Positions 1-13,964 are shown, counted from the first letter of the stretch. The stretch is 64,000 nt of DNA from Mytilus trossulus (GCF_036588685.1 NC_086377.1:32798001-32862000); one strand, 5' to 3'. Notes: generated from the sequence alone by a model not told the origin. Numbers and translations: made by a program.

Positions 1-245
1 TGGTCAAAATTCGTAACATTAAAAACATATTCTGGTTTCGAGGCGATAGCGAGTAATTCCGACATCAACACCTTCGGTCCAACACCAATCACAAATATGG
101 TAACACCATCGTACTTCAGGGCCTCAGCTTGTGGTTTAGGTAAGGCTCCAAGATTGTGTTTTCCATCAGTAAGTAGTACGAGGAATTTGTTAGCACATAG
201 ACGTTTTCCACCAAATTTGGGTAGGAAACTTGTTTCCCGCACAAA
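1..245 (-). CDS. Secreted VWA-domain protein (PTMP1-like), exon 4; continues beyond the window edge
   Basis: Acceptor tatag at 246-250 (minus), then FVRETSFLPKFGGKRLCANKFLVLLTDGKHNLGALPKPQAEALKYDGVTIFVIGVGPKVLMSELLAIASKPEYVFNVTNFD. This is the C-terminal half of a VWA domain (LLTDG, IFVIGVG, ELxxIAS). Phase 0 matches exon 3. Confidence 0.92.
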
Positions 246-898
246 CTATAATACATGTAATATTAATTGATTAAAACACTGTTAGATACAGCATTAAAAC
301 AATTAAGTACATACAGATATATCATATATGTATAAAACTGTTAACATTTCTGGCTGAAATACGTTATATAGTCCGGGCTGGATGTTTTATCCCTTGAATA
401 TTGCTTTGATATATGACAGTTTATCCAGTCGCTCCGTCTGATTTTGTCTTTTTGGTTTACAATGAAGTTCGGTATTTTTTTATTACATTTTTTTTATCAA
501 ATTGTCAAACATTGTCGTGTCACTGCTGTAAACCATTGAAATAAGGTTTTAATTGTGCATTGTCATTTTTCAAAACAGTATTTCGACTTCAGGTCAAAGC
601 GTACCAATATGTTCAAGAATAAATGGTTATGCAGTTTTCCTTAGTGAATATACATTTCAGTTCAAACTTCAGTAGAATAGATAATGTAAGAATGACCGAC
701 ATTTAAAAAAACCACAATCAAAACAGCGTGATTCTCATAGTTAGCTTTGCTGAAAAATACTAATACTTTTAGGTCGCCGATCAGATCATTATATATTTTT
801 CAGTGAAAAGATATAAAACATTTAAAAAACAATAATCTTTAACTAAACTGAATAAAGAATGTTAGAGAAAAAAAATATCGAGAAACAGCGAAACTGAC

Positions 899-1197
899 CT
901 TAAGTCCTTCGCCTATCGCAGTGGCACTTCCTTTAAGTTCTGGAAAGATTTTCATATGGTGTACTATGTCTGTTTCTTGTGTGAAGTTGTTAAGGTAAAA
1001 ATAATTTCTGACAGTGTGAGCTACCAAAACCACAGAAACCTGGACCCCATTTGGTGGACCAAAATTAGTGAATGATTGGACAACTGCCACCATGAAATCT
1101 TTCATTTTATGGAATCCGTGTGGATCTGCTACTGGTATAGACGAAGAGTCATCGAATAGAAAGACGATATCGGCACAGATATCACATCCATGGTTAG
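899..1197 (-). CDS. VWA protein, exon 3 (MIDAS motif)
   Basis: Bounded by ag/gt, phase 1 to 0. Reads NHGCDICADIVFLFDDSSSIPVADPHGFHKMKDF...SATAIGEGLK, containing the DxSxS MIDAS motif. Includes most of ORF 839..1105. Confidence 0.92.
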
Positions 1198-2414
1198 CTA
1201 TAGATACAAAAGTTGGAGGACATTTATAGAAATATACACAAACTGTATATAGTTATAAATACTACAATGCGAAGATGTTTTATTAAATATACTGCGTTTG
1301 CATATTTCATTATTCGTCATGATAACATCACCTGCATATGCATGTCTCTAAACTCACAAGTGTCTATTCAATTACGTATAATTGAGCAATATTATATTCA
1401 GTAATAGAATTTTAACACACAATGTAGCTTAATCTGATACCAGTATCTATAATATAGAATGCGTTACGTCTAATATACAGGCCACATTAATTTTAGAATA
1501 GGTAAATTTCAATTTCATCATTTTTCCATCTGGCACCGATTCCAAATAAATGGTTCACTCGCACTTAAAACTGACATGTCTTAAATTGTGAATGTGACCT
1601 TTCCAAAATATCTGACAACACTTGATTTATATCGTTACTATAGTTTTTTGGTCAACTTAAACCATAACACTTTAATTCATGAACAATAAACGTAGTAAAT
1701 GTACCAGGAGGGAATCAGTCATGAACTGCATAATTTTTCGAACTGCTTCAATGCGTGTAATTTGACGAAATTGAATCTTGTTGGGAGTATATGAAACACA
1801 GAGGTACGTGTGTTTAGTTTGTAAATTAGCTTGATAAATGTCATTCGATTTCATGTGACAAAAAAAAAATCTATTTTATAATTTATACTGGCTTCTACTC
1901 ACAAAATATATTATTCGATATACAATGAATATGTCTTTTAAAAATCTATTACAGTACTTTGAAAATTGTACTACCTCACTCCTTGAATTTTGTGAAAATT
2001 GTGCTGCATGATCTACACTTGTATCTGTATTGCTATACGGACTCTAGTTGATGTTTTTATTTAGCTATGGTGTTTCCTGCTTTTCTTTGAGTTATTGAAA
2101 GATATAGAATCTTTTTGTTCTAAAGCACACATTGTATTATCTTACTATATCTAAACGAACTTTGCACGATCAAGTAAAAAATATTAAATATTATCACGAT
2201 GACGGCTAGTCAGAAATCATAAAAATGTTCGTTAATCATAAAGTGTTGCTAAATACATTTCAATGTATGAAGATGAAGAGCTGAACACGAATACAGCCTT
2301 ATTAGGAGTTTGCAATTAAAAGAAACTAAGTAATAGTCTTTCCGAAAATTATACATTCTTTAGCGATAGATTTATCCCTATTTATTAAAAGCACAAGACA
2401 ATACAATACCCTGA

Positions 2415-2514
2415 GACTGTCATTAAAGTGAGAGGGTGAGCGCTATAGAACCAGGTTTAATCCACCATTTTCTACATTTGAAAATGCCTGTACCAAGTCA
2501 GAAATATGACAGTT
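2415..2514 (+). ncRNA. Twister-like ribozyme motif, P5 permutation, family B (partly mutated)
   Basis: P5 GACUGUCAU/AUGACAGUU; GUGA-GAGGG; palindromes AGCGCU and AACC-A-GGUU; U^AA; UCC; AC; P3 CAUUUUC/GAAAAUG; P4 CCUG/CAGA; L4 UACCAAGU. Confidence 0.7.
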
Positions 2515-2620
2515 CTTGTCCATACATTTGTGATACGTTTTGTTATTTAGTTTTGCCATGTGATTATGGACTTTCCGAATTGATTTTCCTCTAAGTTCAG
2601 TATTTTATTTATTTTACTTT
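2415..2620 (+). mobile_element. Short non-autonomous repeat (family B) carrying the twister-like motif
   Basis: Its 3' part recurs at 5481-5615 (+) and, degenerate, at about 61010-61090 (-). A decayed 5' part is at 3501-3600. Confidence 0.7.
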
Positions 2621-2628
2621 ATACTTAC

Positions 2629-2695
2629 ATTTAGAAGATTGAAAGTGATGAGGTAACTTAAAAGGAAACCCGATACACAGACTTAGGGAACATAT
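2629..2695 (-). CDS. VWA protein, exon 2 (end of signal peptide)
   Basis: tttgtag acceptor and gtaagt donor, 67 nt, ICSLSLCIGFPFKLPHHFQSSK. Phase 0 to 1 joins exons 1 and 3 in frame. Confidence 0.8.
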
Positions 2696-4619
2696 CTACA
2701 AAGAAAACATATGGTGTAATGAGAAGCTTAATTATGAAAATTAAAATTCGATTTGCAGTTTTGTTGATTGTTGTTGTCGCTTGCTTAATGTCCAATGAAA
2801 AACATATCATCCATATTTAGGACCAAAGACAATGAAACAAAGTCCAGCAGGAGTTTGGAAGAAAGACTGCTTCTTGAAAATAAAATTATATTGGGTCTGG
2901 GTAAGAAATTGTAACGTTTACGGTAGCTTAGGAACCATTAGAAAGATATTACTGTAGAAGATTCCTGACCGCAAAAGGTGTGTCCTCATTTCCTAATAGA
3001 TATATTCTGACAATACGTGACTGCGTGAATGTAAAACTGGTACAGCCAAACATGTTTGACTGCTAGAATTGAGAATTTTAGGAATGAAAGTATTTCTTAC
3101 AGCCAATCGGCCCATTGTTGGTAGTTTGCCGCATAGCTATGAGGTATACATTTTTACATATTGTGATAGTTTGTTGAAATGCTAAAAATGGTCAGCTAAA
3201 GATAAAGTATAGGGATCGATCTTGTTGATATAATCGATACGACGTAAAGCGTTGTTGACCAACTTGATTCATGTCATTCGTATCCCGCATATTTCAGAGG
3301 TTGATGATGCTCAATTAACGCAGCATGTCATCAAATCTGTATCGCCTATATTGTTTTTAAAAAGGTCTGTACTGCTTTGTTCAGATTCCTATTATATTTA
3401 TTTTTTCGATGGAAAGGACTAAACACATACATTAGCCTATCATGTCTGTAAGGGTTGCTCACCCAATTATTGATAAAATATTTTTACATATACATGTAAA
3501 CCACTGTCTCACAAGATGGAGGTTTATCTAGCTATAAGCTAGCTATAAAGTCATGTTAAACGCACCATTGACTTCTTTACAAAGTCAGGAATGAGCCGGT
3601 TGATTTTATATGTCAATTCGTTCTGTTAGGTAATATAGTTTTACGTTTCCGAATCTCTATTCATTTTGTAACATCATTATCCTTAATTATTGTGATTTTT
3701 CTTACTTACTGCTATTTCTTTTGTGGATAGTTGTCTCATTGGCAATCATCCCACATCTTCTTTTTTAGAAGATCATACTACTTCAAAACTGGTATTTTGT
3801 TATCTTGGAAACTAAATGCCATTTATTTCTGTATGCTGTCATTAGATATTGTTTGGAGGTCAGAGTTCTCTGGTCTTGCAATAAATTTCATAACATTTGA
3901 GGCAAAGCTAACTTGTGGAAACGGCAAGTTTACCATTTCTGTAATTTTTAATGGGACATAACTCAAGAAAGGAGAACATGACACCATATAACGTTTAAGT
4001 TTGTCAGTACTTACGAACTCAAGCCTTATTAAGAACCCGGATCATATCAATACTAATTTTTCATAATCAAAAAGAGTCATAGGTAAGATGTAACTTCATT
4101 AACTATGTAAGGTTGCGCAGCTAAACAATGAATAAACACATCAAAGATACCAAGGTTTAAATTGCGAACGCCAAATCGTCTATGTTGACCATTGTCGCTC
4201 GAATAAAACAAAAAACAAAACAAACTATAAAAAAACCTAAGATATGGATTGTCATATTATGATTGAAGTGATATACCCTTTTTCAAAGAAATGAATTTCA
4301 AGATTAAGGGATTCAATTACATTCATATACAAATGATAAAGTCAATCCAAATTTACCGGAACTTTGGTGTGTTCATTGTTCAAAGTTTTGAAATCGTCAA
4401 CAGAAATTTTGGCAATACCAGCTTGTTACATCTTGCATGTTACTCAGTTGCATATTAGTAAATATATTGACCGCTGTCTTAAATTGAATTGAGTGTTAGT
4501 TTTAAAGATGAAATAATTAGCAACCATAAACTTAAATATAAGGTTTTACTACAACTATCACATACATTTAACATGCTCGCATAAACCAAACAAGAAATAT
4601 GTGAATACCTAACTATCAT

Positions 4620-5340
4620 TTAATACAGCAAATATAGTTAACCTATTACTGATAGTTTCTAATAAACAGACTTAACCAAGAAAACTAAACATTAACCAAT
4701 AAACCATTAAAATAAGATCAAGGTCAGATGACACCTGCCAGCTAGAATTGTACACCTTACAATCATTCTGTACACCAAATATATTAGACCTATTGAGGAC
4801 AGATACGAGAAAAAACTGACCAAATCACAAACCCTTAACTTTAACCACTGAACCATGAACATGAGGTCTAGGTTAGATGACACCTGCCAGTTGGACACCT
4901 TGCAATCATACTAGACCAATAGTTTATGATATCTGAGATTTGGACTTGACCACCAAAACTAACCTTGTTCACTAGTCCATGCAATGAGATCGAGGTCAAG
5001 TAAAAACTGTCTGATCAGTATAAAGACCTTGTAATGTACTCACATACAAAGTATATTTATACTATTACTCATAATAAATGAGAAATTTGCATTACAACAA
5101 ATATTAACCTTTCTTCAAGTAGTCACTGAACCATGAAAATAAGGTCAAGGACAATGAACACGTGACAGACCAAAACTTCGTAACATGAGTCATATATCTA
5201 CAAAGCATGGAGCATCCAGGTCTTCCACCTTCTAAAATATAACGTGTTTAAGAATGTAGCTTACACCGCCATAGTTGGCGCCGTATCACTATCCAAATGT
5301 TGAGCATTCTGCGACGAAAGTTGCAGGTTCGACAAAAAAG
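4620..5340 (+). mobile_element. Helentron-like non-autonomous element with about 147-bp internal tandem units (3' part)
   Basis: Repeated gaggtcaagg(t)ca units. 3' hairpin tgcgac-gaaa-gttgca followed by an A-run. Same family as 24607-25240. Confidence 0.65.
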
Positions 5341-5480
5341 TGTACCTCTTTTTTTAATGAAAATTGTAACGTAATAATAATATATATAATACTACCCATT
5401 TGTTTCTTCCTGTCAATAATCTGTTCATGGTGGATTTTTCAAAAAGTCTTATTCAAACGTGGCTTCTAGAAATCGAATTG

Positions 5481-5615
5481 TGTACCAAGTCAGAAATATG
5501 ACAGTTGTTGTCCATTCGTTTGAAGTGTTTGACCTTTTAATTTTGCTATTTGATTAGGGACTTTTCGTTTTGAATTTTCCTGGGAGTTTAGTATTTTTGT
5601 GATTTGACTTTTTTT
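5481..5615 (+). mobile_element. 5'-truncated family B repeat
   Basis: tgtaccaagtcagaaatatgacagtt is identical to 2489-2514, and the downstream tail is similar. Confidence 0.7.
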
Positions 5616-5960
5616 GTTGCATGCTTAATCCAGATTACAAAGGAGGGAAAAAATTATTTAGATAATTCGACATCAAAGATTTACGAGGCAAACCAAATAA
5701 AAGGTTCCTATGTTTGTGAGTAAAATACTCAGTTTGAAAAACAAGCGTTAACTTGCATGAATAAATTTATATATATGAATACCAGTACCTAAAATATGTC
5801 TATTTGTCTCATTACAGATAACAAAAAGGTCTCTTAAAAAAGAAAATTCGACAAGAAAGCAGTACACCAAATGAACGTTTGACTACCACATTTAATACTG
5901 GCCTAATAATACAATGACTTCTTGAAGTTTTGTAAAGGTCCGTTGTCGCTTTGTTAACAT

Positions 5961-6110
5961 AAGGGGCCAGCTGAAGGACGCCTCCGGTTGCGGAAATTTC
6001 TCGCCACATTGAAGACCTGTTAGTGACCTTCTGCTGTTGTTTTTTCTTGGTCGGGTTGTTGTCTCTAGTTGTCTCTTTGACACATTCCCCATTTTAATTT
6101 TTAATTTTAT
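5961..6110 (+). mobile_element. 3'-terminal fragment of the Penelope-like element (family A)
   Basis: Matches the reverse complement of 21597-21740 (ggggccagctgaaggacgcctcc...gacacattcccc). Confidence 0.85.
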
Positions 6111-6149
6111 GTATATTAAGGAGTTTTCGGACCATAGAAGAAAGGATAT

Positions 6150-6327
6150 ATATAAACTCATCATAGATACCAGGACTAAATTTTATATATAAGCTAGACG
6201 CGCGTTTCGTCTACAAAATACTCATCAGTGACGCTCAAATCCAAAATAGTTAAACAGGCCGAATAAAGTAGGAAGTTGAAAAGCATTGAGGACCAAAATT
6301 ACTAAAAGTTTTGCGAAATACAGCTTA
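6150..6327 (-). mobile_element. Hammerhead-bearing repeat (retrozyme-like fragment)
   Basis: Homologous to 42390-42545 (-) and 61790-62010 (+). Confidence 0.75.
6191..6236 (-). ncRNA. Minimal type I hammerhead ribozyme (core intact, stems mutated)
   Basis: GAGCGUCA CUGAUGA GUAU-UUUGU-AGAC GAAA CGCGCG UC UAGCUU: CUGANGA and GAAA boxes, GUC site, palindromic stem III ACGCGCGU. Confidence 0.75.
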
Positions 6328-6337
6328 CTGTACTTAC

Positions 6338-6367
6338 AATGATAGAAATATACGCTGAATAATACAT
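6338..6367 (-). CDS. VWA protein, exon 1 (start, signal peptide)
   Basis: ATG TAT TAT TCA GCG TAT ATT TCT ATC ATT then gtaagt. Joined to exon 2 it gives MYYSAYISIIICSLSLCIG-FPF, a hydrophobic signal peptide. Confidence 0.75.
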
Positions 6368-8029
6368 ATCTCTGTGCAAATATACAAGTGCTAAATCACT
6401 ACCGCTAAGTACGCAAAAACACCGACATAAACTGTATGCCCTTTGGAAGACAAACTATGTTTAATATACAGCTCAATGGCAAAATCATTGATGTTATATG
6501 TAATATAGATATTTTGTTCATAAACAAGATTTAGTAAACACGTGGATAATTTGTCAAAGCGTAATAATAAAATCCGAAGAGGGCGGGGAGTTAGTTTTTA
6601 TTAACTGGAAATTAATGGAATATCAAAGGAAAATAAAAGGAAAATGTTAAATCTTCTTAGAATGTGTAGAATTTAATTACTTTCTGTACTATGAAGTCAG
6701 ACACAACCGTTATGCTTAACAGATCGTTATGCAGCTGGCTAATGTTTTACTCAATATAAACCAAAATAGTAACCAACGAGAAGAGTGTGTAGCTAAAAGT
6801 GTGCGTTTGTGTAGTTTTGTTTAATCGATATATTCGTACTTGGCATATTGTTGTTCAAGCAATATTGCACTCATGTATAAGCATGTTAAACGGTAACCTT
6901 TTAAAATATAATTACAAAAGAAATTAAGATCAAGAATAGAAAAGTTCTCAGAAAATGGGTTTTTCACTCAACGGTTAAACACTCTAATCTTTGCCTTGTT
7001 GCTCTTTAAGTTGACACTATTCTGTGAGTTGCAGCTCAGATTTTAAGGTAAGTATGACCATGATGCCAGTATAGAGGCTGTCCGGCCAATTGAACGCCTG
7101 TCTTTTTCCAGGGTTGTCTGTCAGATTTGAAAAGACATGTATAAATTTTAATGGCTCGGTTAATCGTTGAGTTCACATTTAATAATTAAATAAAAAAGTA
7201 TTAACAAAAGCAATGCCTACTTGCACAAATATTCTGTATTTTTAAATCGAATAAACTTTTGAGACGACTCTATTTTAAGGTAAAAAACAGTAAAATATCG
7301 TCGCTGGGCTTCTAAAATGTTGTCAATTACAAATTTTGCAATAAAAAAATATCTCACAAACAGGCTTTGAAATTTTTGGCAAAATGCATGCTTCCAAAAT
7401 GTCGTATATGAACTTGAAAATTTTTGTAAATAGCAGTGAAATAAAAACTTTGACATTTCTGGATTATCCAAGAACTTAAAACTATTTTCACAGAAATAAA
7501 GAAATGTACAATTATTTTTTCCCCAAAGCCATTCTACAACGATTTTTAAGTTTTCATAAAACATTTTGGAAGCAAACTTTACAAACAACTGACAATATGC
7601 CTTATTTCACACATTTTGATTGGTCAAACTGTATTCTATTTTGTAATACCAAAGATTTCCTCCCGCCCAGACCATTGGTGTCAAAAAGTATATTTAGCCA
7701 AAAAAGTCATATACGACATTTTAGAAGCCCAGCAACGATATTATTTTCAGGCATCAAAGCACTCTCCGTTTGACAGCATTAAAGCACTAACTAACAAACT
7801 TCAAGACATTAAGTTCACAACTCACTGGAAGTAATGCAAATTCAAAATATAACGAAACGAATTCAATAGACTGAGAAACTTTCCATTCAAACGAAAAAAT
7901 TACCGTATTTGAATAACTTGTTATCACAGATATATGTGTCGCCTTTTTTTGCAATTTTGATTATGCAAATGTTGAAATCGAAATAACAATACTTAAACAT
8001 CTTACACAAGTTATGCAAATATTCATTGA

Positions 8030-9075
8030 ACCATGAGTTACATGGCTTAACAATCACCATGTAAATGAGATGTGCCAATGCTAATACAACTGCATACCAA
8101 ATACCATTGACTTATTATAAGCCGTTCTAAAAACTAAATACAAACATTACCTTGTAAACTATGTAAAAGTTTCAAAGTCAATGATCCATAAAGAGGGGGT
8201 GGGACTATATAATCTCTATGGAAACAATACTTGCAAATGCCAATAAATTTCCATAACAAATATCATTGACCATGTTATCGAATCATTAGCAGATCAGCTT
8301 GGCCTGATCTAATAACAAACTAATACTTGTAAACTAAGATAAGTTTCAAAGTCATTAGACTGTGACTGAGGGGTGAGGCCAAATATTTTCCATGGAAATG
8401 CAATATGACGATTCTTATACAACTGAATACCAAATAATATTGGCCTACCACTAATCGTTCTCCTTGAACTGATTTAATCACAAACTTCAAAAATTCAAAG
8501 TCAATAGACCATAAGTAAGTGGGCGGAGCAAAATTATCTCGGAGTCCATGGAAATGAGATAAACCAATGCTAATACAACTGCATACCAAAATTACCGACC
8601 GTGCAATGGCTGTATAGCCAGTCAAGGTCGTTAAAAACTTTCATATGCATACCAAATATCATTGACCTACCGCTTGTGGTTCCCCATAATCTGACCTAAT
8701 CACACAAACTAATACTAGTACATGTATTAAAATAAGCAAAAGTTTCGAAGTCAATAGACAATAGATTGAGGGGATAGGGCCAAAAAATCTCCATGGAAAT
8801 GAGATGTGCCAATACTTTAAACTGCATACCAAATATGATTGACCTATTACTAGTGGTTCACCATACACTAGACCTAATCACAAACTAATACATGTAAAAT
8901 AAGCAAAAGTTTCGAAGTCAATAGACCATGACTTAGGGGGCAGGGCCAAACAATCTCAATGGAAATGAGATGTGCCAATACTTATACAACTGCATACCAA
9001 ATATGATTGACCTATCACTTGTGGTTCTCCATAAACTAGACCTAATCACAAACTAATACATTGTTGACGCCGTCG
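8030..9075. repeat. Degenerate tandem array of about 160-170-bp units (Helentron-associated satellite type)
   Basis: atggaaatgagatgtgccaat...actgcataccaaata...ttgacc recurs near 8064, 8218, 8391, 8547, 8792 and 8959. Confidence 0.75.
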
Positions 9076-11759
9076 CAGGTACTGTTACTGTTAGCGGTAT
9101 GTTCCTCCTTTCTAAGGAGCACTCCCGATATTCTGAATGACATAAATGAATGACATTAGCTTTGTTGTTTCCAATAATTTTAAACTTTGTGTAATCTGTG
9201 TCTAACAAAATTTAAATAGGTATGTTCGACAAAATCTCTACTATCAATCTAGATTGTGTATTGCTTTGTTTGTTTTGTTTTACCCTTTTCCTGCTCTTTA
9301 GCAATTAGAAACTCGTACTGCCATTACAATTCGGAGGGTAGACTACATTAAATATAAATAAAGTTGAAAATTAGTCCACACATTTCAAAATAGTTAAAAA
9401 CTAATTATAGAGATCTCGAGGTCATTGGAGCTGCTACCTTTTTATTGGGTCCTCACAATGTGCAACTGATCATCGAATTTTAATTTGCTATGAACAACAA
9501 GAGTGTCGCAAGTGGAGAAGAAAATTCTTACTTTCCTTTGCACCCACGTTTATCCCTTTTTACTCTTAAATATGTCGTGTGGACTTTTGCATGTTTGTTT
9601 GTCTTTTTCGGTTTTTTTACTTACTGCCATTCCAACTGATGTTATTATTTAATATTAACATTTTTTGTACTTTTTATCAGTGTGGCCATCAAAATACTTA
9701 TGTAGTTTGATAATCTTTTTTATTACTTCCCGATTGCAAAAAGGACAACGCATTCATGTATATCAAAATGATCCATATATAATATTTATAAGTTTTATAA
9801 AAATCAGCATCAGTAGGTAAATATAAATATAAAAATAAAATCATAAATTGCGTCCGACAAACAAACACAGCATATAACATGTATAACAAAATGAAGAAAC
9901 ATTTTTTTTCTGTAACCATACAGCCTATCATAAAGCAGCTCTCATGACTTGGTGTGAAATTCCGGGTCATTTAAATTTATCATTTCAAATAATTATAGAA
10001 TTTATATTTTTTTTCCTCATTGTAAAAAATGTAACAATTTCAGCAAGAGGTATTGAAAGAAAAAAATTAATTACAAGGTTTGCTTAAAACCATTCCATAC
10101 AATAAATAAAGTTGGCATGTGCTTAGAGTATCTTCAAAAATGTTCCTTTATCACCAAAAACCAAAACGTAGCATTAACCATGGAAAAGGGTTTAGGTGAT
10201 ATGTTTTCTTCCAGCTAGTCACTCAATACAAAAAAATCATTTGACCTATTGCTTTAAGTATTTGAGAAACTGACCTAAAGAAAGCTAAACATTGATCAAT
10301 GAACCATTAAAATGAGTTCAAGGTTAAATGAACCATGCAAGGTGAGTACTGTTACATTTTACAACCATTCCACACAGCAATAATTTCTAAAGAATCTGAG
10401 AAAGGAACATAATCATGAAAACTTTACATTAATCACTGATCAATGAAATGAGGTGAAGACGGTATTACGAATATGACTATACATAACAATCATTATTTAG
10501 AATTTATATAAACCTCATATCACTCACAATAATGAATATTAATATACCTATATACCTAAAGGGTACTAACAATTAAGATAAGTGTAAAAGCTAAGAAATT
10601 TAACATAGAGAAAAGAGATTGAAATTTGACATGTAAACCATATTGAGTATCAACAACTTAAATACAAGAATATTTCAGTAGAATTTTTCAATAGTAATAT
10701 ACAAATGAGATTATGATAGAAACTGTATTTTTAGCAGTAGAAAAACATTATGGCACTAAAATAATTTATGGCAAATTTCATGAACACTAATTTCTTATCA
10801 ATGGCATTTAAACATAACACAATTATCAAAAGGATAATCTGTTGCGTTTGAATACAAACTATAATAGAAAAAATAAAAGTTACTGGTAAAACATGATTCA
10901 TATGTTACTGTATGGCTATGCATTATTATATCAAATAAAAGAATATCAACAAATAAAACAACTATAACTAAATCACATGTATAGAAAAGGTAATATTATG
11001 CAAATCAAGATAATAGATATAATGGATACATTATTCAATACAATAAACGTACTAATGTACTAAATGTACTAAATGAAAAATAGTTGATATATTAAATTGA
11101 CCATGATCCTAAAAATAATTTGAACCTTTGTTGAAAGAGTGCAAGCATTGAAAATGAAACCAAAGAGAGAGACATATTCCTTAAAAACTTAGGTACAATT
11201 AACATTCTGATCAAACTTTTTGGGTAAAATTAATGAAAATTAATTCTTCTTAGAAAGTTACTGTTTGAAATGTTTCTGTGAAGTGGCTGTCCAAGTAAAT
11301 ATCAGGCAAATCCTATGATATGGGTGGCACAACATAATTTTTTCCCACTGAATTTTTGGTTCCAATGCAATGTTTATATCATACAAAGGATATATATGTC
11401 AAAGATATTTTTGAATCAACAGTGGATGGCTCAGAAAATGATTTTAAAGTTTATTAACAATGCAATAAAATTTGTACAAAATTAAGAGTTATCTCCCCTT
11501 TTCAATGAATTTTCAGTGCTTTCTTTTTTTTTTTTCTCTTTATTTGTTGCAGTTTATAAAAAAAACAAAATACAACTTTGAGAAAGAATGAATTTGTGAT
11601 ATAAATAGATGAAATAATTTTGGAAACAAAATATGTCATGTGCCATCCACTGCCTGGTTTTTCAATGGACACCCTCTTAAATGACAAACCATACTGATCA
11701 ATTTAAAGCTTTGTAGACTTTCATCCACATTATGAAAAGAGACCAAAAACAGTCTACTA

Positions 11760-11915
11760 GTATACATATGTTTTAAGGGGCCAGCTGAAGGACACCTACC
11801 GGTGCGGGAGTTTTTTACTACATTAAAGACCCATTGGTGGCCTTCGGCTGTTGTCTGCTCTATTGTCGGGTTGTTGTCGCTTTGACACATTCCCCATTTC
11901 CTTACTCAATTTTAT
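11760..11915 (+). mobile_element. 3'-terminal fragment of the Penelope-like element (family A)
   Basis: Same terminal segment as 5961-6110 and 21597-21750. Confidence 0.85.
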
Positions 11916-12035
11916 TAGTTCATCTGAAAGTTATCCATAGATGATAAATGTCAATAACATAAATATTGAGGAGATCAAACAATTGTAAATTAACAAGTTT
12001 AAAAATACATTTATATGTAAAATAATATAATATAT

Positions 12036-13932
12036 AACCAGATGCTCCGCAGGGCGTAGCTTTATACGACCGCAGAGGTTGAACCCTGAATGGTTGGGGC
12101 AAGTATGGATACACAACATTCAAGCTGGATTCAGCTCTAAATTTGGATTGTGATTAAATAGTTGACACAGCATAGGTTTCTGACACAGAATGAATGTGTT
12201 CTAATGAACTTAAAATTTTGGTTTTCTCTTACAGCAATTCACTATGCTGTTGAATATTAATCCTCTCAAAAAAATGTTTGAAGAAATTTTCTTTTTATTT
12301 ATGAAATTTCAAATGAGAAAATTGAACCCAATTTTTTTAATCACATCCCCCTTTCCCTTATTCCAAAACTAATCTCAATTAAAATTTCTAATGGAGTTTG
12401 CAACAATAACTACTCATTTAAATACATCATAAAATATTAAGATGTAAAAAACTGCTTGTTACCACTGAATGGTAAAGATTATTTTAATTTATCAGTCGGT
12501 AGTAAAAAGTGAATATACATTGTATATTGTATATAACAAAGATTTAAGTTGATTCTGGACAAAAAAAGATAACTCCAATTAAAAAAAATCTTGCAATTGC
12601 ACAATATTGCGCAATTTGATATTTCTTGCTTACTATTCTGGACAAAGAAAGATAACTCTAATTAAAAAAAATATTGCTATTTCACAATATTGTGTAATTA
12701 GATATTTCTTGCCATTGCGCAATACTTTGCAATTGAAAAGACTTGCTATTGCACAATACTTAATATAATAGTTTTAGATCCTGATTTAGACCAACTTGAA
12801 AACGGGGCCCATAATCAAAAATCTAAGTACATGTTTGGATTCAGCATATCAAAGAACCCCAAGATTTCAATTTTTGTTAAAATCAAACTAAGTTTAATTT
12901 TGGACCCTTTGGACTTTAATGTAGACCAATTTGAAAACAAGACCAAAAAATGAAGAATCTACATACACAGTTAGATCTGGCATATCATAGAACCCCATTT
13001 ATTAAATTTTTGATGAAATCAAACAAAGTTTAATTTTGGACCCCGATTTGGACCAACTTGAAAACTGGGCCAATAATCAAGAATCTAAGTACATTTTTAG
13101 ATTCAGCATATCAAAGAACCCAACCGATTCATTTTTTGTCAAAATCAAAGTAAGTTTAATTTTGGACCCTTTGGACCTTAATGTAGACCAATTTGAAAAC
13201 GGGACCAAAAGTTAAGAATCTACATACACAGTTAGATTCGGCATATCAAAGAACCCCAATTATTCAATTTTGATGAAATCAAACAAAGTTTAATGTTGGA
13301 CCCTTTGGGCCCCTTATTCCTAAACTGTTGGGACCAAAACTCCAAAAAATCAATACCAACCTTCCTTTTATGGTCATAAACCTTGTGTTTAAATTTCATA
13401 GATTTCTATTTACTTATACTAACGTTATGGTGCGAAAACCAAGAAAAATGCTTATTTGGGTCCCTTTTTGGCCCCTAATTCCTAAACTGTTGGGACCTAA
13501 ACTCCCAAAATCAATACCAACCTTTCTTTTGTGGTCATTAACATTGTGTTTAAATTTCATTGATTTCTATTTACTTAAACTAAAGTTATTGTGCGAAAAC
13601 CAAGAATAATGCTTATTTGGGCCCTTTTTTGGCCCCTAAATCCTAAAATGTTGAAACCAAAACTCCCAAAATCAATCCCAACCTTTCTTTTGTCGTCATA
13701 AACCTTGTGTCAAAATTTCATAGATTTCTATTTACTTAAACTACAGTTATAGTGCGAAAACCAAGAAAATGCTAATTTGACCCCTTTTTGACCCCCAATT
13801 CCTAAAATGTTGGGACCAAAACTCCCAAAATCAATACCAACCTTTCTTTTGTGGTCATAAACCTTGTGTTAAAATTTCATAGATTTCTATTCACTTTTAC
13901 TTAAGTTAGAGTGCGAAAACTAAAAGTATTCG

Positions 13933-13964
<32 letters not shown>

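Noticed and set aside
7217-7834. Cluster of 70-120-aa ORFs on both strands
   Set aside because: They overlap an inverted repeat (about 7292-7325 vs 7712-7745), and the shared ILEAQ peptide on both strands reflects that symmetry.
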